Part shown: piece after piece, positions 35,295 through 48,243 of the stretch
Position numbering within the stretch: the stretch's first letter is position 1
Layout: each line of letters opens with the position of its first letter
NCBI GenBank assembly: GCA_002189035.1
Contig: NEEC01000016.1
Span: 124,001-188,000, forward strand
DNA: 64,000 nt
Direction of reading: 5' to 3'
Source: Utricularia gibba
Taxonomy: Eukaryota; Plantae; Magnoliophyta
Made by a program: the position numbers and the translations under genes
Notes under the pieces: model-generated
The model's input: the letters and a program-made list of their open reading frames with translations, nothing else
The model's database searches: none
What the model was told of the DNA's origin: nothing

Positions 35295-38200
35295 TCAGGC
35301 AGTGTGCTGCTGCAGCTGCAGTAGTCTGGAGTAGGCTCCGTCCGGCCGGTTGATCAGCTCACTGTGGCTGCCCTGCTCCACGATGCGCCCCTCCTGAACC
35401 ACGCCGATGCTGTCCACCCCTCGTATGGTGGACAGCCGGTGGGCAACCAGCACCGTGGTTCGTCCCCGCATCAGCCTTTCCAGGGCCTCTTGCAGCATGC
35501 ATTCTGACTCTGCATCGAGAGCGCTGGTGGCCTCGTCCAGTAGGAGAATCGAGGGGTCTTTTAGAACGGCACGAGCGATGGCAATCCGCTGCTTCTGGCC
35601 ACCGGAGAGCTGGATGCCTCTTTCGCCGACGGGGGTTTTGTAGCCCTCCGGCAATGAGCTGACGAATGTGTGAACATGGGCGGATCTTGCGGCCTCGATC
35701 ACTTCGGCCTCGGTGGCGCCATCTTTCCCATATGCGATGTTGTCGAAAATGGTTGCTGCGAAAAGGGCTGGCTCTTGCTGGACAAGGCCGATTTTGAGGC
35801 GCAGGGACTTCAGGTTCAGCCGCCTGATGTCTTTTCCATCTATCATAACCTTCCCTGCTGTTGGATCGTAGAATCTTTCGATGAGTGCGATAACAGAGCT
35901 CTTGCCGGAGCCGCTGGCACCGACCAATGCCTGGCTCTGGCCGGCCCGGATGCGTAGATTGAGGTCCTTGAAGACGAGCACGTCCGGCCGGGATGGGTAG
36001 GCAAAGTCGACGTGGCGCAGATCGATCTCGCCACGCACTGCTGTGACCTCCTCTGCTTCTTCGTCGTCGGGGTCGATTTCAGTGCCCCGATCGAGGATTG
36101 AAAACACCGAACCGATCGCTTCACCACCTCTGATGATCTCTGGGGCAAGGCTCACTGTTTCGGCGACGGAATTAGCCGTGATCACCAGGACCACGAACAC
36201 CTTGATCACTTTGGAGAAAGTGGAGAGACTCTGACTCACTAGGCGTGCACCGTACCAAAGAATCAGAGCTTCGGATGCATAGAGGGCGAGCTGGGAGAGG
36301 CCAAAAAGGAATCCTGAGCACTGGCTGCGGCGAAGACTGCGATTCTGCGGCACACGCAGCTCGTGGTTGAACAAAGACAGCACCTTCTCCTGTGCATTGA
36401 AGGCTGCAACCGTTCTTATGTTGCTCACTCCTTCACCGGCGATCATACTGGTTTTCGCATGCGCCTTTGCAGTGTCTCCGGCGAAACCTTTCAACGACAG
36501 TTGCTGCAGAACCCCAAAAATACATCAAACTCAGGAAGAAAAACTTATTACTAACTACGGGTAAGATAATGTCAATCTCCACTGATTCAATAAGATGCAG
36601 GCATTGAAAGCTAGTGAAATGTTAAGGGGAAATTGAAATGATGTCATGGGTAAAAGAATCTCTGACAACCAGAGAAACCCATGTCAAAAAACGACGACTT
36701 TGAATGCTATTCAGGGTCCAGTACTTTCAGAGCTCGTCCACATTCCGACAACAGAAAGAGTTTATCACAAACCACTGTTCAATTTCCCATGGTGTTGTTT
36801 TCAAGGGGTTTCAGTACAAAAAGATGTAAAGGAATCGCATGGAAGTCATCATCAATCATGCTACAGAAAAAAATTGAATGGAAGAGCATTTGATTTGTGT
36901 GTTTACCTGAGCAAAATTTGCAAGCACGAGGAGAGGGAAGGTGGAGAGGATGAGGAGAGACACCCTCCATTCAACTATAAACGCAACTACAAAAGATGTT
37001 AGAAGTGAAGTCATGTTCTGCAGGATCACAGATATCCTCTCTGCAATGGCTGATTTCACATCAGCAGCATCGGTAGCGAGACGGGCAGAGAGAAGACTGG
37101 AATTGTTCTCTTCCTCGTCGAACCATCCCACTTCGTTCCTCAAGATGGCTGACATTGTTGAAGGATAAGATGAGCAAATGTATGCTGCAACAAAGAGATG
37201 GATAAACTTTTGTTACCTGCAAGCATCATGCTCCTAACTCTGGTAGTAAGATTTTCACCCATAATGCTGAAGAAGTAGTGCTGAATAAGATAAGCAACAA
37301 CCGCATAGAGCCCAGCTCCAATGTATATAAAGACATACTCCTTCGTCTTCCGGGTCATGATCGTTGGATTCCGGAAGTAGAACACTTCGATCATGTTGCT
37401 CATTACAATGGCGAAGGTTGGGCCAATGAATCCTGAGAGGATCGATCCCACTGCTCCCATGACCGAATACGGCCATTCCGGAGCATTGAGTCTAAGAAGC
37501 CTGCAAAAGTAACCAGCCACTGCTGGGTTTCTCCTATCAGTCCCAGCATTGGAAATCATCTCGATACGACCATCAGCCCCTGTGCTGTATGAATAGCTAA
37601 GGTTTCTGAGACTGCCGGAACGAAGACTGAGCGATTTCGTCGACAACGAGTGGCTCAGCCGGGTCGACCGCGTACGTCGGGTGGCGGGATTCACTCTATT
37701 GCCAACCATTTCCTGGAATCTGATCAACGATGCATAGGTTCCAGCTTTCGCGATCAGTTCATCGTGTGTTCCAGTTTCAACGACCTTCCCCTGCTGTATA
37801 ACTGCGATGGAGTTCACATTTTTTATAGTCGACAAACGGTGCGCAATGACCACAGTCGTTCTCCCAACCATCAGGCTATCCAGAGCTTCCTGGACAATAC
37901 TCTCTGAGCTTGCGTCAAGAGCACTAGTGGCTTCGTCGAGCAGAAGTATTTTCGGGTTTCTGAGAACAGCTCTCGCAATCGTTATCCTCTGCTTCTGGCC
38001 GCCTGATAACTGCACACCGCGTTCCCCACCTGCAATCACAATCTCTGAAGTTGAAAACACAAACAGCTATCGGGAACGATGATTCAAGAATCGCAAAAGG
38101 ATCGGACATTAGTGTTGTATCCGTTCGGAAGCGACGTGATGAAGCTATGAGCATTTGCAGCAGACGCCGCTGCTTCAACTTCCGCCATGGTAGCATCAGG

Positions 38201-40335
38201 CTTCCCATAGAGAATATTTTCCACTATGGTGGTGGCAAAAAGTGCAGGTTCTTGGTTCACCAATCCGATCTGATTGCGCAGCCATCTCAGCTGCAAGGTC
38301 TTTATATTGACATCATCCAGCAGAACTTCCCCTGTCAATTTTCCAAACCCATGATCAACTTAGAGTCAAAAGAACAACATATTAGTCGGAGCAACCAGAT
38401 AAAAGAGGTGATCACCTTGACTGGGATCATAAAACCTTTCAATCAAAGAAACAACAGTGCTCTTCCCTGAACCACTTCCACCCACAACTGCAACTGTTTT
38501 CCCGGCGGGAAAGAAGATGGAGAAATCCCGGAAGATGATGACATCCGGTCGAGAGGGGTAGCTGAATGTCACATTCTTGAACTCAATGTTTCCTTTGACT
38601 TCATCTAAGCACTTCACTTCTGATACATCGTCATCAATGATGGTTGGCTTCTGTCTGATGACTTCCATCAACTTGTAACCAGCAGCTTTGCCTTTGCTAA
38701 ACGCCCCAAGATTTGAGAACGACTGGCCCAAACTCCTGCAGAATTCTATGCATAAGAACCTATTCTCTCAACTAAAATGTTCAGAAGTCTAAGCTCTAGA
38801 TCTTACATTCCACCAACGATGGCGGAAAATATGGCTGTAAATGCCTTCCCTCCATCTGTCTGCCCATTTCTTACAAAAACACCAGCATACCAGAACACAA
38901 GTGCCCATGACATGCACGCTACTCCATAGGTGCATCCTAATCCCAGCCCCTTAGCCATTCCAGCCTTGTATCCCAACTTCAGTGTGTTCTGTATTAACTC
39001 TGTGTATGAATTGAGGGCTTTGGTCTCACCAACATAGGAGTAAACCATCCGAACTTGTGATATCGCCTGCATTTCATCGAATGAGTGGCGTGCATCAGCT
39101 GAAGCGCGGTGGCTAAAATAAACCAGTGATCCGTAACCTCACCTGCTCCGCAACAATACCGGCATTCGCATATGATTCCCGGCTTTTCGAAGTGATACCA
39201 CTGATGGTATATGCATATAAGCCACCGGAAAAGGCAATACCAGGAATGACGGCCACACTTAGCAAGGCAAGCCTCCATGCTGACACGAAGCCGACAACCA
39301 ATCCAGCCAAGAACGTTGAAAGATAATGAATGAAGTTACCCACCTTGAAACATCGAAACACAAAAATTCAATAAAGGCATCATTGAAAAGAAACCAGATA
39401 ATCAACAAGAAGAAACTATCAAAAACCTTCTCACTGATGGCATCTTGCACAAGCAGTGTATCTGTGGACACACTGAACACAATGTCACCTGTTCTTGCAT
39501 CCGTGTCGAAGAAACCGACATCTTGTTTCAACACTGCCTCCAAATACTTCTTCCTAAGAGCACCGGCTTGCCTCTCACCGGTGTACATCCAGCAAGCAAT
39601 CTCTGCTTATTGGACATGGGTAAACAAAAACAATCTTCTTTAACATCTAGAGAATAACGGAAATCAAAGATTCAATAGTTGAAAAGAGTAGCATTTGACC
39701 AGCAAACAGAGATGATCAACAGTGGAAACATCGAATCTGGTGCATTCAAACTGAAGGATGTCCGTAACGGGATAATATTAAAAAAAGATGGGAATGCTTG
39801 CAAGAAATAGACGGATAAGCAGAAGAGGGTCCAGGAAACCACGTGACTTGTTAACTGGCTTCTTACACAAAACTGAAACAAGAACATGATACTGAGAGAA
39901 GATAAGCGTCACAGTAACAAAAGAGCAGAAGCCCCACCTGCGTAAGAAGAAAAGCAGACTACTAATCCCAAATACACGAAATAGAGAGAATACTGCAAAA
40001 AATCAAACAAATAAACAAGATCAGATCTGGTGAACACTTTGAAACAAAAACACTGAAAAATGGCAGTAATCATGAAGAAGAAGAAGAACCTTGGCAACTT
40101 CATGGGTCATCTTGTTCAAATCCATTTGATTCTTCCCGAAGCCATTTATCATTTGACCGAAAAGCAGGAAAAAAACCGGCATAGAGGACCCGTGAACGAC
40201 GGCCCCTAAGCTTCCCGCGACCATCAACACATAGTCGTACTTATCGGCAAATGAGAAAAGCTGGAAGAACGGCAAACTCTGCTCCTTCTTCTTCTCTGTT
40301 TCCGGGGGCGCTTTACCATCCGTAGCCTCCGCCAT
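35295..40335 (-). CDS. ABCB19: ABC transporter B family member 19 (auxin-transporting P-glycoprotein), 10 exons, with one apparent -1 frameshift at about 38024-38029
   Basis: The N-terminus reads [34 protein letters not shown]. There are two transmembrane domains and two NBDs (GGSGSGKS and GASGSGKS Walker A, LSGGQKQR signatures, [11 protein letters not shown]). The linker is [35 protein letters not shown]. Exons 40335-40090, 39992-39938, 39602-39427, 39343-39143, 39066-38807, 38735-38416, 38331-38108, 38029-37217, 37148-36907 and 36503-35295 sum to 3746 nt, one short of a multiple of 3. Confidence 0.93.
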
Positions 40336-40795
40336 TTTCCGGGAACCCACCAAAACTGCTCCAAATGAAGTTCAACCAGGAGAAAGTTGCTACCTTCGAA
40401 TGACTTTTCAAACTATCCCACCTCGAAAAAACAGCAATTTCTTAATGGAAACAACCCCTTCTTCTTCTCCCTGCACTCCCATTCCGCATTCGTTGAGACA
40501 GCGGTAGATAGAGAGATGGATCTCTATCTCTCTCACTATAGAGTATTGTCGCTGGTCATCGACAAGTTAACAGAGTTCAGCACTGAAGCTAACAAACCCG
40601 GAAGCGTTGTAAAGTTCGAACGAAAGAGAAAGAAGAAAAGCAAAGGCTGTCGTGCAGAACTAGCGGTCAAACCGATGGCGACAGGGGAACTGAGGAAAAG
40701 GGTAGAGAAGAAGAGAAGAGTGCGTGGAAGACCAGTAGTAGAGAGAGAGAGAGAGAGGGAAGAAAGATAGAGGGGGTCTGGTGTAGGAGTCAGTG

Positions 40796-40803
40796 TATTT
40801 ATA
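40796..40803 (-). promoter_or_regulatory. Likely TATA box of ABCB19
   Basis: TATAAATA on the minus strand lies about 30 nt upstream of a CT-dinucleotide-rich leader start (GA run at 40741-40770 on the plus strand). Confidence 0.55.
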
Positions 40804-43380
40804 GATCGGAGGAGCAACTGCACACATGGTCATTGGTAAGAGAAGCGCTCAAGGAAGCAATAAATTTCAATTCTGCTGCTTTGGGGAAATTAATGGGTTT
40901 CCATCGTCAGAGATGAAATGGAATCTCTTCAGTACCACCACCAATGGCTGTGCTTCTGTAAAACACAGAGTCACGCCCAAGCCCAAGCCGATCTTGGTGC
41001 ATTAGTGAGATCTGATTGCACATCCAACACGGAACTCATGTGCGGCTTCCAATTCCGACCTCAAAAGAGCACGCAGTCACAGAGAGCACAGCCATGGTGA
41101 TGATGAAGGGGACGCCATAGCCATTTACTCTCAGTCTCACTGTCAATTTCCTTCCTCTTCCCATGCCAAATAAATGGCGATTCCAGAACCTTTTTAGGGT
41201 GCGTTTCGTAATTTCACAATACCTCGCTTTTCCAACATTTCTTTAATTTATTTATTTTATTACACCCGATGTCAGTTCTTTCAACATTTCAAATGTACAT
41301 GAACGATATTATTACCATTATCGTTATTAAAGAGACTGCTGCCCCGTCACTTTTAGTATCCTTTACTCCACTCTGAAAATAGGAATATTTTTTAAGTTTG
41401 TGCGCAATTATTTTGGGAGCCCTCGTTCCTGGTGAATAATGGAGATGCATATTCCAGAATTATAATAATTAAAATCAATATATGGTTCCAGAAACTTCCA
41501 GAAATATTCGAGATGAATGAGATCCATGTTCGAAGGCATTTGATAAATCCTCGTTACTATTAAAGCACTGAGGATAATTATGTAAGATCATATTTGGTAG
41601 ACGTATTCATATATTTGAAAACACATACGTAATGAGAATTACGTTTGTTCGATAGACATGTATTCTAATAGGGCCATTTTCTATATTTTGAATGTGATTC
41701 AGATTATGCGATAAATTCAATATTGAGATTTTAAAACTATTTCATGAAATTTAATAAATTAAATATTAGAACTAACATTTCTGAATTTAATTATCGAATC
41801 TAAATATCTATTTTTAATAATTAAAGATTAGAATTTTTAATAATTAAGACAAAATCATTTTAAAAATTTTTGTAAACATAACCAAGTCTAGATATGTAAT
41901 TGATAAACCATTTTTTGTTGCATAATTTCTCAAACCATATTTTTCAAAATTATTTACCATTATATATTTTAAAAATATTTATCAAATAATTTATAATAAA
42001 AACTATATGTTAAATATACATTTTTTATCTTAATTACTTAATACATATTTATGGAACATAAATAACTAAAAATATAACATTAACAAAATGGTAAATATAA
42101 TTACAGCGGTTAGGAGATAAAATTAAAATTTGTCTACTGATCAAAAAAAGATTAAAAAGGAGTAGAATCTATCTGATGCGTACGGGTCCATGTGCGCCGA
42201 ACCGAACCGGAATCAGGGGTGATGGTCCAGCAGAGGAGTAGGGGGGATTAGGGCAGCGAGGAGAGGAGAATGCCCGTGGAATTGTAGGTATCATTTTCTC
42301 TCTCGTGCTGTCTACGTTTTGCTCCGGTGTCTGAAAACGAGTGACCTTTGTAATGTTTTTGTTTTCGCTTTTCCTCTCTTCCATCCATACTTCAATAAAT
42401 ATAACCTAAAAGTATGTGTGTAGCTACCCTTCACTAAATAATAATAATAAATGGAACACACAGTGTTCTATCTCAATTCAAAAAATGTTATATCATATCC
42501 ACCTCACACGAAACCAATGTTCCAAATTTCAGGGAATTTTTTTTTGTTTCGGAATAAGTTGAAACCGAGCTAAAAACGTAAATTTCAGGTAAAATTTAAG
42601 GACATGTTCTGGATATTTTCTTTATTTTACATTCTCATTTTATGAAAAATTAGAATAAGGAAAAGAAGAATGAAGTCATTTATGTATTTTGTTAAAGAGT
42701 GTAATTTTTAAGAATGAGAATTTATATTGTGTAAGAATGAATAATGAAAAAATATTTATATTTTATTTTATTTTTATATTTTTATACTATAAAATGAGAA
42801 TATAATAGAAAAATGTATACATATCATATATAAAACCATGTTGTGGTAACCAAAATACATCTTGTACCTAATCAACGGTTATTCTATCCAATATTCACAC
42901 ATTATGATATACAATGATAATTATTTTAAAAAAATTTTAAGAAAATATTTAAGAAATAGGTGTGCTTAAAAGTCATGATGAAACAAGGAATCATATAATG
43001 TGACGGAGTCCATTCTCGAATAATGAGGGGGCATTGCTAATCATAATTGATAAGGGTTGATTAGGACAATAGTTTAATTTATTTTGTTGGTATATCAATG
43101 ATAATTTTATGTTGTCAACTTTAAATAATTTATATATTTTTTAATAAAAATACAATATATTACATAACTAGTCTTACTACAAAATTACTTATATACAATT
43201 AAGAAATAATCAATTCGAATTCAAATAAACGATCTTTAAGAATTCAAATTTGAATCTGAACCATTTATAAAATGTTTCAACTAATTGTTATTTATTATAG
43301 GTTCGTCGAATTCTTAAACGATTTGGTTTTATTGAATCTTAGATAATACCCAATCTATAAACATCCCTAATAGCATCTTT

Positions 43381-43530
43381 ATTGATTTACGTAAACGATG
43401 ATGTGGCTTACGTTATTGAGTTTACTCAAAATGATTTCCGTAGCATATAACTCAGAATAAAAATAATTTTCGTAAAAATAAAATTGATTTAATTTAAACT
43501 CATGTCAACATTTTTTAAAATCAATAAAGA
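43381..43530 (+). repeat. Dispersed repeat of about 150 bp, copy 1 (probable non-autonomous TE remnant)
   Basis: ATTGATTTACGTAAACGATGATGTGGCTTACGTTATTGAGTTTACTCAAAATGATTT...CAGAATAAAAAT...AAAATAAAATTGATTT aligns by eye with 50926-51094. Confidence 0.75.
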
Positions 43531-45665
43531 TGTTATAATGATAACAAACAGGAGAATAGTTTAATTTAGTAATTACCCGTTGGGCCTGCCCTGATTGTTT
43601 GTTTGTATTCGCACCCACCCATGTGCCCCCAGGGCCCCCTCCCCAAATACGCACCATGTTATGTCATGTACATGCATTGCCATCTTCATCTAATCATTAA
43701 CGAATAGGGCACCACACTTTGTTCAATTCATCTCTCCCGCCCCCACTCTAAACCCTTTTTTATTCCACAATAAATCCCTTTTCCTCCCTTTATTACCCAA
43801 ATAAAACAACTCATCTTCATCTGTTTTGCGACACAGTTGTCCGTAACATGGTTTGATTTTGTATTTAATATGACAATTTATTTTGGTGACAATTATGCGA
43901 ACCAAGCTGTCCCTGTGGCTCGTGCGATTGGAGCCCACGTGGCACCCCAGTTCTGGAATGAAAAAAGTTGGAGAAAAGCAGGGGGGGAGCCCATGGACAC
44001 ATGAGCAGGCAGCAACTCAACTCCAATAATGCAAAAGCCACCCTTACATTATTATTCTTTTTCAAATACCTTATTTTTCAACAACATTAATATGAAAACC
44101 TTATGCTTCTAAAAAAATAAAAATATTTCTTATTTTAAAAACAACAATTTCTATTTTATTAAAATTATCTCAAACTTGAATAAGTTAAAAATTAGGTGTT
44201 TCTCTCTATAACATAATGAATATGGAAAGAAATGGACATGATTATTTTTTTGGAATTAAATTTAAGAATATTGCTACATTATTGATAAGGACGCTTTTTT
44301 TTTCTTTATCATGCTTTACGAAACAAACAAGAAAGGATTATTATTTTAAGAATATTATTATATTATTCATAAAGATGTCTTTTTTTTTGCCTAAAGATGC
44401 TTATTTCATACGTTGACACGGATAAGCCACCTTTTACAAAGTAGCATGATTCCTATTCCTTTACAGCGAAAAAAGAAAAAAAATATGTTTTCGTTATTGT
44501 TTTTTAAAATCAAATAAGATCGCGAGCTTATTCTGTCCATTTTTTTTACTGACGGTAAATTATAGAGGGGGGTAAAGGAACAGTATCCTGGTGAAAAAAA
44601 AAAGTGCTTTCGTCTTTTCTCCCCACGGCCCCTCTTGTGTTATTATATTATTAAGAAGGCATTGTTTTTCTTCTTTGGACATCTCCCACTTAATTGATAT
44701 ATTAATTGCCTGGAGCTAAAATATAATTTTCACTGGAGTGCAATATAATTATTTAAAACCATGTGGTCCGATTTGATAATTAATGAATTTATTGCGTGGT
44801 GTCAAGTTCGATGAACATTCGTTTTGAGTATTTTGATTCCGATCACCGTCTACTTTTTCATGCAAAAAGTTACCCATCGCTCTGCCGCTTCCTTCTTGGT
44901 GAAGGAAAAGTTCACATTATTTTATTCACATTTCAGTTTCACTGCGGTTAAAAAATAAAAATAAAAAATAAAGAAATTCCCGACCATCCCATCCGAAATA
45001 CGAAAAAGGCTATTGGGCCTACAAGGGCCCGTAACAAGCGTCCAGTTTAAGAAATAAGAAAGAAGCGTGGCCCAATGGACATGAGTTTTTAAACCGGGTT
45101 TTTGGGAGAGAACCGGAAAACTTGACGGTTTATGGTTTACTTATAAACCGGTATCTAGCAGTGAGTTGTTTATTGTGGGAAGAATAGGAGTATGAGTGTG
45201 CTTGGTAGATGATTTATAAAATCGTGTGTGTTGCTAAGTGGGATAAAATTCACGAGTAATTAAGTCAGGATTTGATATTTCTCAATTTGGGATATTTGAA
45301 TCCATCCTTTTCAAGTATTTTTACATTGATTTTATTCTTTGTCTTTAATTCCTTATTTTTTATTTATATTGAAAATAAAAGAAGCATATTTCATGTCATC
45401 AAGATACGTTTTATCTCATTTAATATTCCTACTAAAACATTTCTCCATATATTTAATTTAGTGACTAAACACATTCAATGAGAATTCATTCTTCTCTTTG
45501 AAGATGGTGCAGTAATGCGTGAAGAGTGGGCATTACTATTACAGGTCGAGGGATTATCATCCTCCTCATTTGATGTATCCCCAGCTTGAGTTGAGAGGTT
45601 TCTTGAACAAAAACATGAAGAGCCTAACTAATGGGTGCGTTCTTTCTGGTTCTGATTAGCTTGTT

Positions 45666-46282
45666 GTGGCCCTCTGTGATGTGATTGGTTTTCGTACAAG
45701 AATTGAAGCAGGACAGAGCAATAAAGTTGGCCCGACAGTTGCATCAGTTGGTTCATCCTATCATGTTGCAATCTTTGGATCTATCTGGTTGTTTCGTAAT
45801 GTTGAGAGCCCAGATGTTGCTCGTTGTATTCATTTCATTGTCCAGTGATTCACAGCTTCTCAACTGTTTATTTCTGGAATGTGATATTCATTTATCTCTA
45901 TGTATTCCAATTGTGAAACAGATGGATTCAGGCAAAGAGCCTCATTTTGATGGAAATGAATAAAACTCTGCTCCTTTTTACTCTCCGCCAGTGCCAGTGG
46001 TGTATGTTATGTTCTTCACCCACCAGGCAACTTCTTCCAGCCGCTGACTCCTACAAAGGAACAATCTTTTGTCGCCTTTGGACAACAAATCCCCAAAATA
46101 CTCGTACGGATATTCAACCCCACCTCCTCCTCAGCCCCATATCATTGCATTCGCTGTTCGCTCCAAACCCGAGGATTTTCGGACAAGTTGAACCGAACCG
46201 CAGAACAATCCAGAATGTTTTTATAAGGGAGGGAGTTGTAAGTGATATTCTATATTCGTTAGTCATGATAGAGTTTATGTGA
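45666..46282 (+). mobile_element. Degenerate 3' fragment of an L1-type LINE ORF2 (end of the zf-RVT region plus RNase H-like domain)
   Basis: AIFGSIWLFRN resembles the plant LINE motif A.FW.IW..RN. Downstream, SASGVCYVLHPPGNF and NVFIREGVVSDIL resemble the RNase H-like motifs G.GGV.RD..G.F and H..REGN..AD.LA. The region has many stops and frameshifts. This is motif recall only, not a profile search. Confidence 0.5.
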
Positions 46283-48243
46283 GGGATACAAATTATTTTA
46301 TTCAAAAGAAATGAACTTAAAATATGAAGATTATATATTTGAAATAAACAATATCGTATATTATAACACAATGATGTATTTGAAGTAAATTGTAAAAAAT
46401 GCTATCCTACCATACTACTAAAATCTCAAAACTATTTTTCATCTCTCAAATATCTTTTCTTTCTTGTTCTCTATTTTGTTTCATTAAAAATAAAAATATT
46501 TGAATCAAATTAGCAAACTACTTTACAAACAGAACACTTACCAATATCAAAAGTATATCTTTACATTTTCACACAACACATACAATCTACTTTTACTTAT
46601 GTCAATTATCATATTTTTCATGTTCACTTTTATAAAAAAACAAAAATAGATTTCCAAAGTTTTCATTCCCCAATATCAAGTATACAAAATAACATAAATT
46701 GAGTCTTGCATACCATATGGCATGTAACACACCTCCCCCTAATGGCTAGCAACATAATTTTTGGTCATACGAAATCAAGACAGGAGCTGTTGCTTCATTG
46801 GGTTTTTGGTAAATATACACCACCACCCTATAATTATAATCATGATATCCTTTTTGAAAGTAAAGAGGAGGAGGAGGAGGAGGAGGAGAGTACCCATTCC
46901 CATAATTGTGAGATAATCGAATAGGTCCGGGTCCCCGCCCCCCCTCTCCTCGCCCCTTAGATTCAACATTTAATTGTCCCACATGCAACGCTTCAAGTAT
47001 TCCCACAACCCGGCACGTGCTAAATCATATACTTTAATCAATGCCATGCCACCCGACCTCTCCCTTCCCTTTTTATTATTATTATCATTTCTATAATTCA
47101 CACATAATATACCCTCTAAATTATTATTTATTACGCGCACCCACTAAACACAAAGTTCGGATAATAATCATTTTGGCTGTCATGCCCCATGTTACAGAGT
47201 TACTGGGCAGGGAATTTTCCAATTTTGCTTCCACTTATTTTGTGTGTTTTTTCCATAAAAAGTAAAAATAAATAATTGCACTGTAAGTAATGTGAACACT
47301 GGCAAGGATTGTATAATTATTCAAAACATGGAATTAAATAGGAAATCATTCTCATCCAACTATTTCAGGATTGATTTTAAAATTTCGTTTAATATGTTTA
47401 TAGGTAATGATTAATCGGATATTAATTGTTTATGAAACATATAGATATAATTGTAAATTTATATTATTGAACCCATTCTTAAGTCATACAAACCTTAGAT
47501 ATTAAAAAGAATTAAAAAAACGATGCAGATAAAAGAGAATGGGATAGGTGTTTGAAATACATAAAAAATTTCTTTTGTTATCATGTAAAAAAGAGGGGGA
47601 TGTTACAAAATTTACCATGTCTAATGTACATTTCATTTACAAATATGATCACCTAATCTTTATTTGTTACATATAAAGAATAAACATATATTTAAAATTG
47701 GTTTTTTTCTGATTTTTTAAAATAAAATATTATTTTGAAACACATTTTTTACCATGGTGACGTGGAAGAAATGGAAAGGGGAGGCGCAGACAAATGGGGG
47801 ATGGGGTTTGGTGAAAGAGGGTAGAGTTAAAAAGCAGCCGCCATTGAATGCTCCCAGCAAAAGGACGCGGCTTCAGTGGTGAGAAAGTCCAAAGGGAAGC
47901 AAACTGAAGAGGCGTTTGCAACGAGCGCACGCAGCTGAGCTGACTCTTCCTATTAATGCATCTGCTGTCCTCATCTCCTCTCAGCTTTTGACTCTCATTT
48001 CCTCCCCTCCCTCAGTTTTTTTGTTTTTCATTTACGCCGCTGTAACTCTGCTTTATCTTATTCTCTTGACACTTCCACATCTGTATATATATGTGGGTGA
48101 GTGTGTGCCCGCTGCTGCACATGGAACAACCTTAGTCAGGTCAGAGAGATCGTTGTCTCCAGCTGGGTACTCAGGCAATCGCGGACTGGTACTGAGCCTG
48201 CTACGAAGGGAGAAGGAAGACATCGACGGTGGGGGATTGATCG

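Noticed and set aside
35407-40823. Antisense and alternative-frame ORFs over ABCB19 and its leader
   Set aside because: They are shadows of the GC-rich coding strand and of GA/CT repeats.
46977-47035. GTCCCACATG resembling a snRNA upstream sequence element
   Set aside because: The match is imperfect, spacing to a TATA is wrong, and no snRNA body follows.
48091-48135. 14-aa uORF upstream of the subgroup-1 MYB
   Set aside because: Its ATG overlaps the likely TATA box, so it is probably not transcribed. Only a 4-codon ORF would remain.
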